A DNA stretch of 64,000 nucleotides from a virus (IMGVR_UViG_3300033069_001852), one strand, 5' to 3'; shown: positions 40,190 to 50,456, numbered from the stretch's first letter. Translations and numbers: made by a program. Notes: generated from the letters alone by a model not told the origin.

Positions 40190-42850
40190 ATGGAAGAAAA
40201 AACTGAAACTGAAGTTATGATGGATGATATTAAAACGCGATACGAACAGGTAAAAACCCAAACCACTGAGGAATATTTCGGTGGGAATAAATTTTCAATA
40301 GATGCTTTCAATAAAAAGTATTCTTCCGTGGATGGAGAAACCTATGTGCAGGCCCTAAAACGGGTCTGCGACTACATTGGCTCCGTGGAAAAAACCCAAA
40401 AGCTAAAAGACTATTGGTCCGCTCGTTGGTTTGATGAAATTTATAATGATTGGTGGCACCCCGCCGGGTCGATTATGCAGGGCGCAGGATCTGGCCGCAA
40501 GATAAGCTTAGCCAACTGCACGACCACTTCTCTGGGCGCACAACGGGACGATGAGGAATGGGATAATTTGGAAAGCATCATTAAAAACAATGCGTATACC
40601 ATCGCAAAGTGTGCTGCCTACCGTCAAGGTTTGGGTTGTGATTTTTCACGTTTGCGTCCCGCCGGGATGACCCTTCTCAACTCCGCCAATGTATCCACGG
40701 GCGCCGTTCACTGGATGAAGTTTACCGATGGCATTGGTTATTTTGTCGGTCAAAAGGGCAGAATTCCTGCGATGTTGTTTAGTCTTAATATCAAGCATCC
40801 TGACATTGAAAAATTTATCACGGTTAAGAAGGATTATACGCAAATTCAAAACGCCAACATCTCTGTCCAAATCACGGATGATTTTTATGCGGCCGTGGAA
40901 AATAATAAGGAATGGGAATTGTTGTTTGAAACGCCCGCTGTTACCAAAGGTGATAAAATTTGGATCGATGTTCACAGCATTGATGCTGATAGCAAACAAG
41001 ACGGTCGGACTAACCGTTGGTATAAAATCGCAACACATGACAAGAAAAAGGAAAAGTTTTCCCGTGTGGTCAAGGCCCGTGATTTGATGGAACTGATTGC
41101 GAAAAACATGTCCGAAAATGCGGAACCAGGAATTCAGAATATTGATGTGGCTAGGAAATGGTCTAATTCCGATCATTTATACGATCCCAAAGATGAATAT
41201 GACTCCCGAATCCTTTCTACCAATGCGTGTTCGGAACAATACTTGTCCCGAGAAAGTCTATGCGTGTTGGCGTCAGCAAATATGGGGCGTTTCTCAACGA
41301 TGCCTGAAATCTTTATTAAGCAATTGGAGAGGATTGGGGTCTCAATTAATCGTTTCCTTGACAATGTTAATGAATGTGAACTCAAGTATCAAACCTATGC
41401 CACTCCCCACCAAAGGTTAGCCATTGAAAAACTTCGTCGAACAGGCGCCGGAATCACCAACATCTGTGCGTGGTTATTTAAACAGAATTTGATCTATGGA
41501 ACGCCGGAAGGCAATGCGGCCACCGAGGATTTTCTCAAGTATTATAACTATTGGTTGTATATCGGCTCGGAAAAACTGGGTGAAGAAAAGGGAAATTTTG
41601 GTTTGTTTGATGCGAAGAAGTGGAAAACGGCGCCGTTTGTTTCAGCGATCATTGAAGAATCGAAAAACATTGCTAAACTTTACAAGACTCCGGTTTTGAC
41701 GGGCGAAACCGCACGTAATATAACTTGTAGTTCGATTGCGCCGACGGGAACGTTATCACTTATGTTCCGTGAACTGGTTATGAGCTATGGGGTTGAACCT
41801 GCTTTTTTCCTGTATTATTGGAAGCGCACTCGTATGGGTGGTAAATACGAATATTATTTCAATGTGCCCCGGGTTGTACGTGAGGTTTACGAACGTGCCG
41901 GCGTTCCAATTCCGATGAAGAGCGATACCATCCAGGACGATTGGGAAGGGCGGATGGGTAAACAACTAGCGGAATATATTGACCGACATAAAGAAAAGGT
42001 TGGTTTTAAATTCAAAGACTCCACGCAAATCGATCCCCACGACAAGTTGGATCTTATGGCTCGAGCGATGAAATGGGTGGATAGTAGCATTTCCACGACC
42101 TATATGTTGCCGGAAGGCTCGAATTGGAAGGATGTCCAAAAATTCATCTTGGAAGCCCATAAGAAGGGGGTAAAATCTTTAGCCGCTTTTCCGGACAAGA
42201 AAATGTATGGAATCGTCAGCCAGATTTCTTTCAAGGACTTAGCTTTCAAGTTGAAAAAGGAAAACATCGACATTCACCATCAGAACTTTTCGGATGATGA
42301 ATTGAAGGCATTGAACCTGTCCCGTGAAGTAATCCAAAAACCAACTTTCTCATCACCAAGACGGTTGGATGTATTGGATGCGGATATTCACGTCGTCACC
42401 GTTAAGGGGGAAAAATTTGTAATTGTCTTGGGCGTCCAGAATGGTGAACCTTATGAAATCTTCGGCGGGCACCTCAATGGCCTGGGGATAAAAACCAATT
42501 ATAAGAAGGGTAAGATCATCAAGGTTCGGAAAGGGCAATACGCATTGGAATTCGACGACATCTATATTGAGGATTTCAGTAAACAATTCACCCCCACCGA
42601 ACAAATTCTGTTCCGGATGACTTCCACCAGCCTTCGGCATGGAGTACCGATTAAATTCTTGGTTGAACAATTACAAAAAGCAACGGAGGACATCACTTCA
42701 ATGGCGTCCGCTGCTGGACGTGTCTTGAAGAAATATATCAAGGATGGTGAAGAGGTTTGTGGTCAAACCTGTCCGTCCTGTGGCCAAGCGGTCATTTACA
42801 TCGACGGTTGTGTCAGTTGCCCTAATTGTTCTTGGAGTAAGTGTTCATAA
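40190..42850 (+). CDS. nrdJ: Class II (B12-dependent) ribonucleotide reductase
   Basis: SLANC, NANISV, AEPG, TNACSEQ, C.LAS.N, RRTGAG, SIAPTGTLS; C-terminal PYEIF/LRHG domain and CPSC..GC..C..C.WSKC. Confidence 0.9.
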   Translation: MEEKTETEVMMDDIKTRYEQVKTQTTEEYFGGNKFSIDAFNKKYSSVDGETYVQALKRVCDYIGSVEKTQKLKDYWSARWFDEIYNDWWHPAGSIMQGAGSGRKISLANCTTTSLGAQRDDEEWDNLESIIKNNAYTIAKCAAYRQGLGCDFSRLRPAGMTLLNSANVSTGAVHWMKFTDGIGYFVGQKGRIPAMLFSLNIKHPDIEKFITVKKDYTQIQNANISVQITDDFYAAVENNKEWELLFETPAVTKGDKIWIDVHSIDADSKQDGRTNRWYKIATHDKKKEKFSRVVKARDLMELIAKNMSENAEPGIQNIDVARKWSNSDHLYDPKDEYDSRILSTNACSEQYLSRESLCVLASANMGRFSTMPEIFIKQLERIGVSINRFLDNVNECELKYQTYATPHQRLAIEKLRRTGAGITNICAWLFKQNLIYGTPEGNAATEDFLKYYNYWLYIGSEKLGEEKGNFGLFDAKKWKTAPFVSAIIEESKNIAKLYKTPVLTGETARNITCSSIAPTGTLSLMFRELVMSYGVEPAFFLYYWKRTRMGGKYEYYFNVPRVVREVYERAGVPIPMKSDTIQDDWEGRMGKQLAEYIDRHKEKVGFKFKDSTQIDPHDKLDLMARAMKWVDSSISTTYMLPEGSNWKDVQKFILEAHKKGVKSLAAFPDKKMYGIVSQISFKDLAFKLKKENIDIHHQNFSDDELKALNLSREVIQKPTFSSPRRLDVLDADIHVVTVKGEKFVIVLGVQNGEPYEIFGGHLNGLGIKTNYKKGKIIKVRKGQYALEFDDIYIEDFSKQFTPTEQILFRMTSTSLRHGVPIKFLVEQLQKATEDITSMASAAGRVLKKYIKDGEEVCGQTCPSCGQAVIYIDGCVSCPNCSWSKCS

Positions 42851-42867
42851 TAGTAGGTATTCTACAT

Positions 42868-42906
42868 AATCCCTGTTGCTAATCAAATAGCCGCAGGGAT
42901 TTTTTG
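42868..42906 (+). terminator. Intrinsic terminator after nrdJ
   Basis: AATCCCTG...CAGGGATT stem followed by a T tract. Confidence 0.7.
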
Positions 42907-43033
42907 TTTAGAACCTGTTGGTCACGAAGTAATTACCTCTTTAAAAATGGTTTACCGCACCCAAATAAAAACTATTTTACATTTACAAATCAATATTTAT
43001 AAACAGAATAGCCAACTTTAAATAAGATACATC

Positions 43034-43738
43034 ATGAGACGACATAATTCGCCCCCGCCAAGTCAAAGAGAATCCACTCACCTTGAACCCCGTGTAGCCA
43101 AACTTGAAGTCGGTTTAGATCGTTTAACCCAGGATGTAGGCGATTTAGTGTCAGTCGTAAGAACCCAGGGGTCGCAGATGGAAGCGGAGATCCAAAAACT
43201 GGTCGTGGCGGTGACGCAAGCCTCCGGCCCAAGAAAAACGGACTGGTCGGTGATTATAAGCTCGGTTTTATTGATTATGGCTATCGGCTCAGCCGTTTTC
43301 TGGCCGCTTCAACAAACCTCCCAGGAAAGTAAACAGGCTATCACGTCATTAACTCAAGAAATCAGTGCGCATAAATCTTTGGATAATCACCCCGTCGGCG
43401 CGGCGCTAATCCAACGACTGGAAGAGCAGATTGCTTTACATGTCGCCAATAATGAAAAAGAGAATAAAAATATTATTGAAATAACGAGCGCCGAACTTTC
43501 TCGATCAGAGGCAAAGTCCTCAGAAAAAGTAGCGGATGCGCTGGCCGCCCGGCAATTACAATTGGATGGGATTATCTCAAAGCAAGAGGTTTTCAATGAG
43601 AAATTATTTGCTCGGGTTCTAAGTTTAGAACAGATAAATCGTGAACGCACAGATAAAGATTTAGAAGAGTTACGTCAGTGGCGAGTAAATGCTATGGTGG
43701 GTAAACTAAAAGTCCCCTCTGATCAGGCCCCTAGATAA
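43034..43738 (+). CDS. Coiled-coil protein with one transmembrane segment
   Basis: WSVIISSVLLIMAIGSAVFWP hydrophobic helix; TATTTATA box upstream. Confidence 0.6.
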   Translation: MRRHNSPPPSQRESTHLEPRVAKLEVGLDRLTQDVGDLVSVVRTQGSQMEAEIQKLVVAVTQASGPRKTDWSVIISSVLLIMAIGSAVFWPLQQTSQESKQAITSLTQEISAHKSLDNHPVGAALIQRLEEQIALHVANNEKENKNIIEITSAELSRSEAKSSEKVADALAARQLQLDGIISKQEVFNEKLFARVLSLEQINRERTDKDLEELRQWRVNAMVGKLKVPSDQAPR

Positions 43739-43744
43739 TTATAA

Positions 43745-43773
43745 TTGATCATTTTCTTCATAACGGTTATAAT
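43745..43773 (+). promoter_or_regulatory. Sigma70-like early promoter
   Basis: TTGATC-N17-TATAAT; ATG at 43782. Confidence 0.65.
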
Positions 43774-43781
43774 TGTGGTCT

Positions 43782-44555
43782 ATGGTGGAACCGTATTTTG
43801 ACCCGAGCCGAATATCTTTAAAAGAAATATCCAAATCCGTTGCGAAGGATATGATTATAAAGTATCATTATTCGCATAAATGGACTTTATGCCGAATTGC
43901 TTATGGGATTTATCACCGCACGGATTCTGAAGCGGATTTCTTTAACGCAAAAAATGAGAATCTAATCGGAGTGGTAGTTTACGGCCAACCCGTTGGACGC
44001 TCCGCCGCGGCAAGCATTTCCACCACCATTGATATCAGTGAAGTCTTTGAATTGACGCGCTTATTTGTCCACGATGGTTACGGAAAGAACATTGAGAGTT
44101 ATTGTATTGCGCAAAGTTTGAAAAAAGTCAAACAAGATTTCTCTCATTTACAAGCCATTATCAGTTACGCCGACGGCGAACAAGGTCACCGTGGAATAAT
44201 CTACCAAGCTACGGGATTCCAATATCAAGGCAACTCTTCGTTAGCTTTAATGCCTAATTATTCCGTATCAATGGTCCCGGCGCCATATAAATGGATTCAT
44301 TCCCGGACGATATCATCCAATTATGGTTCTCACAATGTTGAACACTTAAAAAGCCGAATCGGTAAAACCTTCTGGCGGAAGAAAGAGTCAGCCAAACACC
44401 GATATGTTTATTTACTTGGCAATAAAGTTGAAAAGAAAAAAATCTTAGCCAACTTGAAACACCCTTTTCTACCGTATCCTAAAAATTCTACTCACACTGA
44501 TGAAATTGAGGAAGTCGTCGTAACGGAAACTGCCGGAAATTTGTTTTTTAACTAA
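43782..44555 (+). CDS. Mom-family DNA-modifying acetyltransferase (copy 1)
   Basis: HYSH, LIGVVVYGQP, ELTRL, NIESYCI, IISYADGEQGHRGIIYQATGF.Y.G, KHRYVY. Confidence 0.8.
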   Translation: MVEPYFDPSRISLKEISKSVAKDMIIKYHYSHKWTLCRIAYGIYHRTDSEADFFNAKNENLIGVVVYGQPVGRSAAASISTTIDISEVFELTRLFVHDGYGKNIESYCIAQSLKKVKQDFSHLQAIISYADGEQGHRGIIYQATGFQYQGNSSLALMPNYSVSMVPAPYKWIHSRTISSNYGSHNVEHLKSRIGKTFWRKKESAKHRYVYLLGNKVEKKKILANLKHPFLPYPKNSTHTDEIEEVVVTETAGNLFFN

Positions 44556-44563
44556 CCAGTCTA

Positions 44564-44571
44564 TATTTATT
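44564..44571 (+). promoter_or_regulatory. Putative late promoter TATTTATT (Mom copy 2)
   Basis: 4 nt upstream of ATG 44576. Confidence 0.65.
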
Positions 44572-44575
44572 GGGA

Positions 44576-45601
44576 ATGAGATTGGTTGAATTAATACTAG
44601 AGGGGTTAGAACAAGATTATTACATCAAAAAGACCACCGATTCTGAGGTAAAAGAATTGCTTTTGCGTGGTCACTATCTTGGGGCTTGGCCATTCGCGGG
44701 GTCACAATACAAAGACTATATCTATGGTATCTACCTCAAGCGCGCCGCTAAGCAATTACATTTAACCTCACCTCCGGAAGGCCAAGAACCGCCGAGTGAC
44801 GACGCGCTTATCGGTTGTATTGTTTATGGCTTTCCAGAATTTCATGCCTCTTCCTATGTTTCCAAGTGGCTTCGGACCTTGTTAAACCCCGATGAATCAA
44901 TCGAAGATATCTACCAAAATATCCGGGCCATCATTGAAAAAGACAAAGAGGAAGAGATTAAGGCCCAACAACGTGGTTATCCTTTTAAATCTAAAGCCCG
45001 CGTCATCATCCATAACATTCTTAATGCGACCAATGTTCAAGACAATCAGATTTTGGAATTGAAGAGATTGTATATCCTTCCAGAAATGGATTTAAAAAAC
45101 ATTGAGTCGTTTGCCATTGGTAAAGGCAATAAGGCAATTTTCGATAACAATCCCAATATTCAAGCGATTGTGTCTTTTTCTGATTCTCGGGTTGGTCACC
45201 ACGGCGGCGTTTATCAAGCGACGAACGCTTTGTACGCGGGTATTAATAAACCGGGACTCCACCGATATATCTACCCCCGGGATACTCTAGCGGCCACCAT
45301 CAAAAAGTATCAGAAACGATATGATGATCTTGTTTTTCAATATCCCAAACAACAACCGGGAAAAGAAGAACCCGAACAAGACATCAACTACTACGGGTTG
45401 GATATTTCTAAACGTGAAAAAATCGTTGTCCGCTATTTAAAAGGTATTCTTCCGCAACTGGACGATGAAACCTTAAAAGATGCGATCAATAAAGTATTGG
45501 ATATGATTGAAAAATCCCCCCAGAAGACCTTCCAGTTTAAAGAAATCAAGGAAATGGTCATTTCCGAACTCTTGGTTGAGTATATTCTCCAACGTAAATA
45601 A
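44576..45601 (+). CDS. Mom-family acetyltransferase (copy 2) with MRLVELILE leader
   Basis: HYLG, LIGCIVYG.P, ELKRL, NIESFAI, IVSFSD..VGHHGGVYQATN..Y.G, HRYIY. Confidence 0.75.
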   Translation: MRLVELILEGLEQDYYIKKTTDSEVKELLLRGHYLGAWPFAGSQYKDYIYGIYLKRAAKQLHLTSPPEGQEPPSDDALIGCIVYGFPEFHASSYVSKWLRTLLNPDESIEDIYQNIRAIIEKDKEEEIKAQQRGYPFKSKARVIIHNILNATNVQDNQILELKRLYILPEMDLKNIESFAIGKGNKAIFDNNPNIQAIVSFSDSRVGHHGGVYQATNALYAGINKPGLHRYIYPRDTLAATIKKYQKRYDDLVFQYPKQQPGKEEPEQDINYYGLDISKREKIVVRYLKGILPQLDDETLKDAINKVLDMIEKSPQKTFQFKEIKEMVISELLVEYILQRK

Positions 45602-45678
45602 TTCATTATTGGAAACCCATTTTTCATCAATTGTCTAATATTTATAAGTGACCTACTATCCACATTAAAAGGACAATT

Positions 45679-46548
45679 ATGAACGATGCTAAGCAATCAT
45701 TTAAACAACTTGTGAGTACCTGCCTTCATGAGGTAAAACAGGAACGAGCTCAGAAGTTGAAGCTGCGGGAAGAACTAAAACGATACGTCCGTGGCGTCCT
45801 CAAAGAGGTGATTGCGGGCCCGGACGCGGTGGAACAGGATAAGGATGAGACGGAGAAAATCAATAAAGGTTTTGCCAAGGATGGTCACCAACCCGCCGAA
45901 GATTCCAATGACCAACAAGTTCAAGAGCTTACCAAAATCGTTCACGGTATCAATCAAGACTTCAATGTTCATCGGGAAAACGAAGGCGTAACAGGGGCTT
46001 ATACCAGCGGCAAACGCAGCTATATTATCGTGGACGCGGGCGAACTTTTCTCCATCCGGATCAAAGAGCGCTGGGAAAATAATTTTGACATTGAAGCTTT
46101 TACGCACGGAGTGGACCGTGTTTTTGCGTTGGGTTTGAATTGGGCCCAGGTCAAAGCGTTCGTCAAGGCGAATTTTTCCGAAAAGTCAAAGAGCTATGTC
46201 CAGAAAGCCAAAGCTAAAGTAGATGGTAACCGTGAGGATCAAACCGCGAAGGCGGATAAAGATTTGCCCCAGACCGATGTTTTGAAAAACCGTGGGGAGA
46301 AGAACAATGGCGCTGACGCCAAACTCAAGACCACGAAAAAAGATGATATGGATTTTAAGCAAGATGCGGTAGAAAAAGATGAGGATCAACCATCTGCGCC
46401 AATGAAACCAGTTGTCAAAAAACCCACCGATAGTCCGGAAACCAAGAATAAGGCCAAGGATCAGAAGGAAACCGACAAGGTTAAACCACCGAAACATAAA
46501 AACGATGATGAATTGGTTAAAAAGATGGCCGGTAAGAAAAGGGATTGA
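45679..46548 (+). CDS. Highly charged (K/D-rich) hypothetical protein, probable head-internal protein
   Basis: LKRYVRGVLKE segment; TATTTATA box at 45639. Confidence 0.6.
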   Translation: MNDAKQSFKQLVSTCLHEVKQERAQKLKLREELKRYVRGVLKEVIAGPDAVEQDKDETEKINKGFAKDGHQPAEDSNDQQVQELTKIVHGINQDFNVHRENEGVTGAYTSGKRSYIIVDAGELFSIRIKERWENNFDIEAFTHGVDRVFALGLNWAQVKAFVKANFSEKSKSYVQKAKAKVDGNREDQTAKADKDLPQTDVLKNRGEKNNGADAKLKTTKKDDMDFKQDAVEKDEDQPSAPMKPVVKKPTDSPETKNKAKDQKETDKVKPPKHKNDDELVKKMAGKKRD

Positions 46549-46550
46549 CG

Positions 46551-47093
46551 ATGAAAAAACTTTTTGAAAATGTGGGTGGTAATCAATTCAAAGTATCCCG
46601 TGTCAACGAATCCAGTGATATATGTCCGGAATGTAATGGTAGTGGTGAGGGACCCGCCGATGGAACCCGCTGTCAAACTTGTAAGGGATCAGGCCGTGAA
46701 TCCAACTCTGGAAGCGACAAAGACAACGATTTTGCCGCGGATATAGATATTGACACCGACCCCAAAAAAGACCGGTCCGGGATGGATGAAACTGCTCCAA
46801 AGCAAAGGGCCTTAAAGGGTACAAAACACCCAATAATTCGTTATGATAAAGGAAATGGAGCTGCTCCTGAAGTATCTCCGTTGGCTGACGATCTTGTCAC
46901 TGGCGATGAATTTTTGGAAGGTATTATCGGTTGGATGAAAACCAATCCCAATGGAAAGATTATTATAGAACATTCCATCAGTGATCCAAAAAAAGTATCT
47001 TCTAAAAAACCCACAAAATCAACCTCCGGTGGATGGGAACATTATAGGGAACCAGGAAGAGATCATATTCCAGAAACCCCATACGGAGAATAA
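46551..47093 (+). CDS. Hypothetical protein with DnaJ-type Zn finger
   Basis: CPECNGSG...CQTCKGSG; MKKLFE start. Confidence 0.6.
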   Translation: MKKLFENVGGNQFKVSRVNESSDICPECNGSGEGPADGTRCQTCKGSGRESNSGSDKDNDFAADIDIDTDPKKDRSGMDETAPKQRALKGTKHPIIRYDKGNGAAPEVSPLADDLVTGDEFLEGIIGWMKTNPNGKIIIEHSISDPKKVSSKKPTKSTSGGWEHYREPGRDHIPETPYGE

Positions 47094-47119
47094 TCTCCTA
47101 CCAATCAACAACTTACAAC

Positions 47120-47145
47120 AAGACTCCCGAAAGGGAGTCTTTTTT
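47120..47145 (+). terminator. Intrinsic terminator
   Basis: AAGACTCCC-GAAA-GGGAGTCTT followed by a T tract. Confidence 0.85.
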
Positions 47146-47146
47146 A

Positions 47147-47174
47147 TTGACTTCTTATAAGACTATGGTACTAT
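47147..47174 (+). promoter_or_regulatory. Sigma70-like early promoter
   Basis: TTGACT-N16-TACTAT with an extended TG; ATG at 47185. Confidence 0.55.
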
Positions 47175-47184
47175 TGTCCTCACA

Positions 47185-48174
47185 ATGAACGACACCAATA
47201 CAATAACTCAATTAAAAAATATGGCCGACATCGATGTAACCAAGTTTCTTGAAGACTGCGAGTCTTTGAAACCTAACACGCTCATTTTGGACCCACTACG
47301 TTGGAAGTACCTGGTCCGCTCCGTCCTCCGGGGCAAAAATGTTATGATGCAGGGTCCGGCCCGTTGTGGTAAAACCAAAGCGGCTCAAGCCATCGCCAAG
47401 GCGCTTAATCGTGAGGATAAGTTTTTCATTTTCAACCTTGGTTCAACCCAAGACGCCCGCGCCGCTTTGATCGGCAACACATTCTTCCGGAAGGAGTCCG
47501 GGACAATTTTCAACCAATCTCCGTTCGCTAAAGCAATCCAAGTTCCCAACGCCATCATCCTACTGGACGAATTGTCCCGGGGTCACCACGATGCGTGGAA
47601 CATTTTGATGCCCGTCCTTGACCCGACCCAGCGAACAATGCGTCTTGATGAAGCCGATGAAAATGCCTTCATCCGGGTAGCTGATGGGGTGACGTTCATT
47701 GCCACCGCCAATGTCGGTAACGAGTACACAGCTACCCGTCAGATGGACAAAGCCCTGACCCTCCGTTTCCCCACCACCATTGAAATGCAACTTTTGAATG
47801 AGGAACAGGAAATGACTCTCCTGGATGCCCTGTATCCCGGAACTTCAGACGAGACCAAAATTCTCTATCGCCGGGTTTGTAAAATCGCAGAACATACCCG
47901 GATGCAAGTTAAGAAGGCGGATGCTCGGCTGGAAACATTCATCCCTACCGGTACGGTTATTGAATGTGCGGAGCTCATCAATGATGGATTTTCACTCAAG
48001 GAAATCGCGGAAATGGTCATTTACCCCAACTACTCCGAAGAGGGTGGGATGGAAAGTCAGCGCACTTACATTAAACAACTTGTCCAGAAATATCTGGACG
48101 AAGATTCATCCAAGGTAAAAAATCCGATGACGGACCCGGAGCCTGATGATGAGACGGAAGAAGTTCCGTTCTAA
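47185..48174 (+). CDS. MoxR/CbbQ-type AAA+ ATPase
   Basis: GPARCGKT, ILLDELSR, FIATANVG..Y....MDKAL..RF. Confidence 0.88.
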   Translation: MNDTNTITQLKNMADIDVTKFLEDCESLKPNTLILDPLRWKYLVRSVLRGKNVMMQGPARCGKTKAAQAIAKALNREDKFFIFNLGSTQDARAALIGNTFFRKESGTIFNQSPFAKAIQVPNAIILLDELSRGHHDAWNILMPVLDPTQRTMRLDEADENAFIRVADGVTFIATANVGNEYTATRQMDKALTLRFPTTIEMQLLNEEQEMTLLDALYPGTSDETKILYRRVCKIAEHTRMQVKKADARLETFIPTGTVIECAELINDGFSLKEIAEMVIYPNYSEEGGMESQRTYIKQLVQKYLDEDSSKVKNPMTDPEPDDETEEVPF

Positions 48175-48280
48175 TAGAAGTAAAAATGTTCGCCTCTTTT
48201 ATACGAATGGGTTGGGACGGTAAACTCCGTCCTGACCCTGACGCAATACCCTAAGAATTTTTCAAAACTTATAAAATAAA

Positions 48281-50374
48281 ATGTCAAAGACAAAACAAGT
48301 AGCCCAGTCGGCCAAAAAGCTAATTTCCGATTTTTGGTTGGGCGATCACGAGATCCCCGATATCGAAACGGTCGGCGGTTTCGATCTTACTAAAAATGGA
48401 AAGTTTGAGGGTGGCTACGATCAAAAAATCATCGAATTGGCCAGTGCTCGTCGAGCCATCGGTAATTTCGTTTCCATTCTTACGAACCAGGATATTCCAG
48501 TCGTGTTTGCGGAACTAGGGTTTGCTCCCGGAGCCACCGATGGGAAAAAAGTAATTCTGTCCACCAGTATCACCAAACGGGATGATTTCGACTGGGGCGT
48601 TGGCCTTGCCCTCCACGAAGGCAGTCACATTGTCCTTACGGACATGAATTATTTCAATACTTTGCGTAAACAAATTCCCAAGGAAATTGTCGAAGCGGCA
48701 GAACAGAAAGGCATTAACCGCGATCAGATTTGTATGTTCTGTAAATTTATGTTCAATTATATCGAAGATCGGTATATTGATACCTATGTGTATGACACGG
48801 CGCCTGGTTACCGTGGATATTACTCTGCTTTATACAATAAGTTTTTCCACAGCCCGGAAATGACCACCGCACTCAAGTCAAAGGGTTGGAGAATCCCCAC
48901 TTTGGCCTCCTATGAGATGCGCATCGTCAATATGACAAACCCGGCGAGCGATCCCAAAGCCTTGCCCGCGCTCGAAGAAATATTCAAGATGGTTGATGTT
49001 AAGGATATTCGTCGGTTAAAAGCGACGAAGGACCGCCTTGAACTTTCTTTCAAACTTGTATCCCGGGTGCTCACCGAAGTTAATTCGGATGCACAAAAGA
49101 AACAGAACGAAGAACAAAATCGCCGGGCCAAGAAAGGCAAAGGGACTCGGGACACGATTAGCAAAATTCTTGACATTCTTGATTCCGAAAAACAAAAGGA
49201 AAAGGGACAATCCAAAGTTGATGATGTCGTCGGAGGCGAAGACGGTTCTGGCCAAGCCGGTGATTACACCGATGACATTGGCGATCACGGTTTGTCAGAT
49301 AAAGACCTGAAACGGATTCTTAAAGCGATTGAAAAGCAGAGAGATTTCTTGCAGGGTAAAATTGACAAACGTACCATCACAGAAGATGAGAAGAAATTGC
49401 TTCAAGCCATTGAAGAGGCAGGCATCCACATTGTTCAAATTTCAAATCCCACGGAGGGAACAGGAGTCCCCAAGGTGGATTGTATTATTGTCAAAAAATT
49501 GACACGCCAATTGATTGACTCAGGAGTTATCCCAATGTGTTCGAAAAGAAGTACCTTTTCCAATAAAGCCGCGAGTCACGAAATGGTTGCGACGGTGAAT
49601 AAAGGTATAACCATCGGCACAATGTTGGGAAAAAAGCTGGCCATCCGTCGCGAAGAAAATGTGGCTAAATTTAGCCGCCGTCGGGAAGGTAAGATCGACC
49701 GCAGAATTCTCGCCGGCATCGGCGCGGGCTTGGAAGATATTTTCTATAATATCAAGACGGATAAATTTGGCAAAGCGAATCTCCACATTACTATCGATTC
49801 GAGTAGTTCGATGCAGAGTATGAACAAATGGGGACCCACAATGATTTGTGTGGTTGCCATTTGTAAAGCCGCATCGATGATTACAAATCTCCGCGTTTCG
49901 GTTAGTTTCCGAGCCACCATATCGTCTAATTCAGCGGGGGAACGCCCCTATATCGTATTGGCTTACGACTCCGAAGTGGATAAATTTGAAAAGGTCAAAC
50001 AACTTTTCCCGTTTTTGACCCCATCCGGATGTACGCCTGAGGGTTTAGCTATGGAAGCTACGATTAAGTCATTTATCAGCAAAACCTTGGATGGTTCTGA
50101 ATATTTTTTCCTGAACCTCTCCGACGGCGAGCCTTATTATACTGGCAACGGCGTTCATTATTCTGGAGATATTGCTATCCGCCACACCAAAGGAGTAATT
50201 GATAAATTGCGTAAAAATGGTTTGCGGATTTTGAGTTATTTCATTTCCGAAAGTAGTCAAGACACCCATTCTTCAGAATTTCGAAGAATGTATGGTAAGG
50301 AATCTAAATTTATTAATGTCACCAACGTCTGCGAAATTGCTCGCACGATGAATGAAATGTTCTTGAGAAAATAA
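48281..50374 (+). CDS. vWA-domain protein with N-terminal HExxH metallopeptidase-like domain (AAA partner)
   Basis: ATDGK..I, LHEGSH, NYIED.YI; MIDAS IDSSSSM, TPEG, LSDGEP. Confidence 0.85.
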   Translation: MSKTKQVAQSAKKLISDFWLGDHEIPDIETVGGFDLTKNGKFEGGYDQKIIELASARRAIGNFVSILTNQDIPVVFAELGFAPGATDGKKVILSTSITKRDDFDWGVGLALHEGSHIVLTDMNYFNTLRKQIPKEIVEAAEQKGINRDQICMFCKFMFNYIEDRYIDTYVYDTAPGYRGYYSALYNKFFHSPEMTTALKSKGWRIPTLASYEMRIVNMTNPASDPKALPALEEIFKMVDVKDIRRLKATKDRLELSFKLVSRVLTEVNSDAQKKQNEEQNRRAKKGKGTRDTISKILDILDSEKQKEKGQSKVDDVVGGEDGSGQAGDYTDDIGDHGLSDKDLKRILKAIEKQRDFLQGKIDKRTITEDEKKLLQAIEEAGIHIVQISNPTEGTGVPKVDCIIVKKLTRQLIDSGVIPMCSKRSTFSNKAASHEMVATVNKGITIGTMLGKKLAIRREENVAKFSRRREGKIDRRILAGIGAGLEDIFYNIKTDKFGKANLHITIDSSSSMQSMNKWGPTMICVVAICKAASMITNLRVSVSFRATISSNSAGERPYIVLAYDSEVDKFEKVKQLFPFLTPSGCTPEGLAMEATIKSFISKTLDGSEYFFLNLSDGEPYYTGNGVHYSGDIAIRHTKGVIDKLRKNGLRILSYFISESSQDTHSSEFRRMYGKESKFINVTNVCEIARTMNEMFLRK

Positions 50375-50378
50375 CAGG

Positions 50379-50407
50379 TTGACAAAGATATTCTAATAGT
50401 GTACATT
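50379..50407 (+). promoter_or_regulatory. Sigma70-like promoter
   Basis: TTGACA-N17-TACATT. Confidence 0.6.
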
Positions 50408-50456
50408 ATATACTACGCTAAAGGAACAGCAGAGAAACACACAGAAAGTAAAAAAT

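Noticed and set aside
40190-42850. Intein or intron in RNR, helicase, UvsX or polymerase
   Set aside because: The ORFs are uninterrupted and of ordinary length, without C...HN-C/S/T splice motifs or LAGLIDADG blocks.
46551-47093. DnaJ chaperone
   Set aside because: Only two CxxCxGxG repeats; no J-domain HPD motif.
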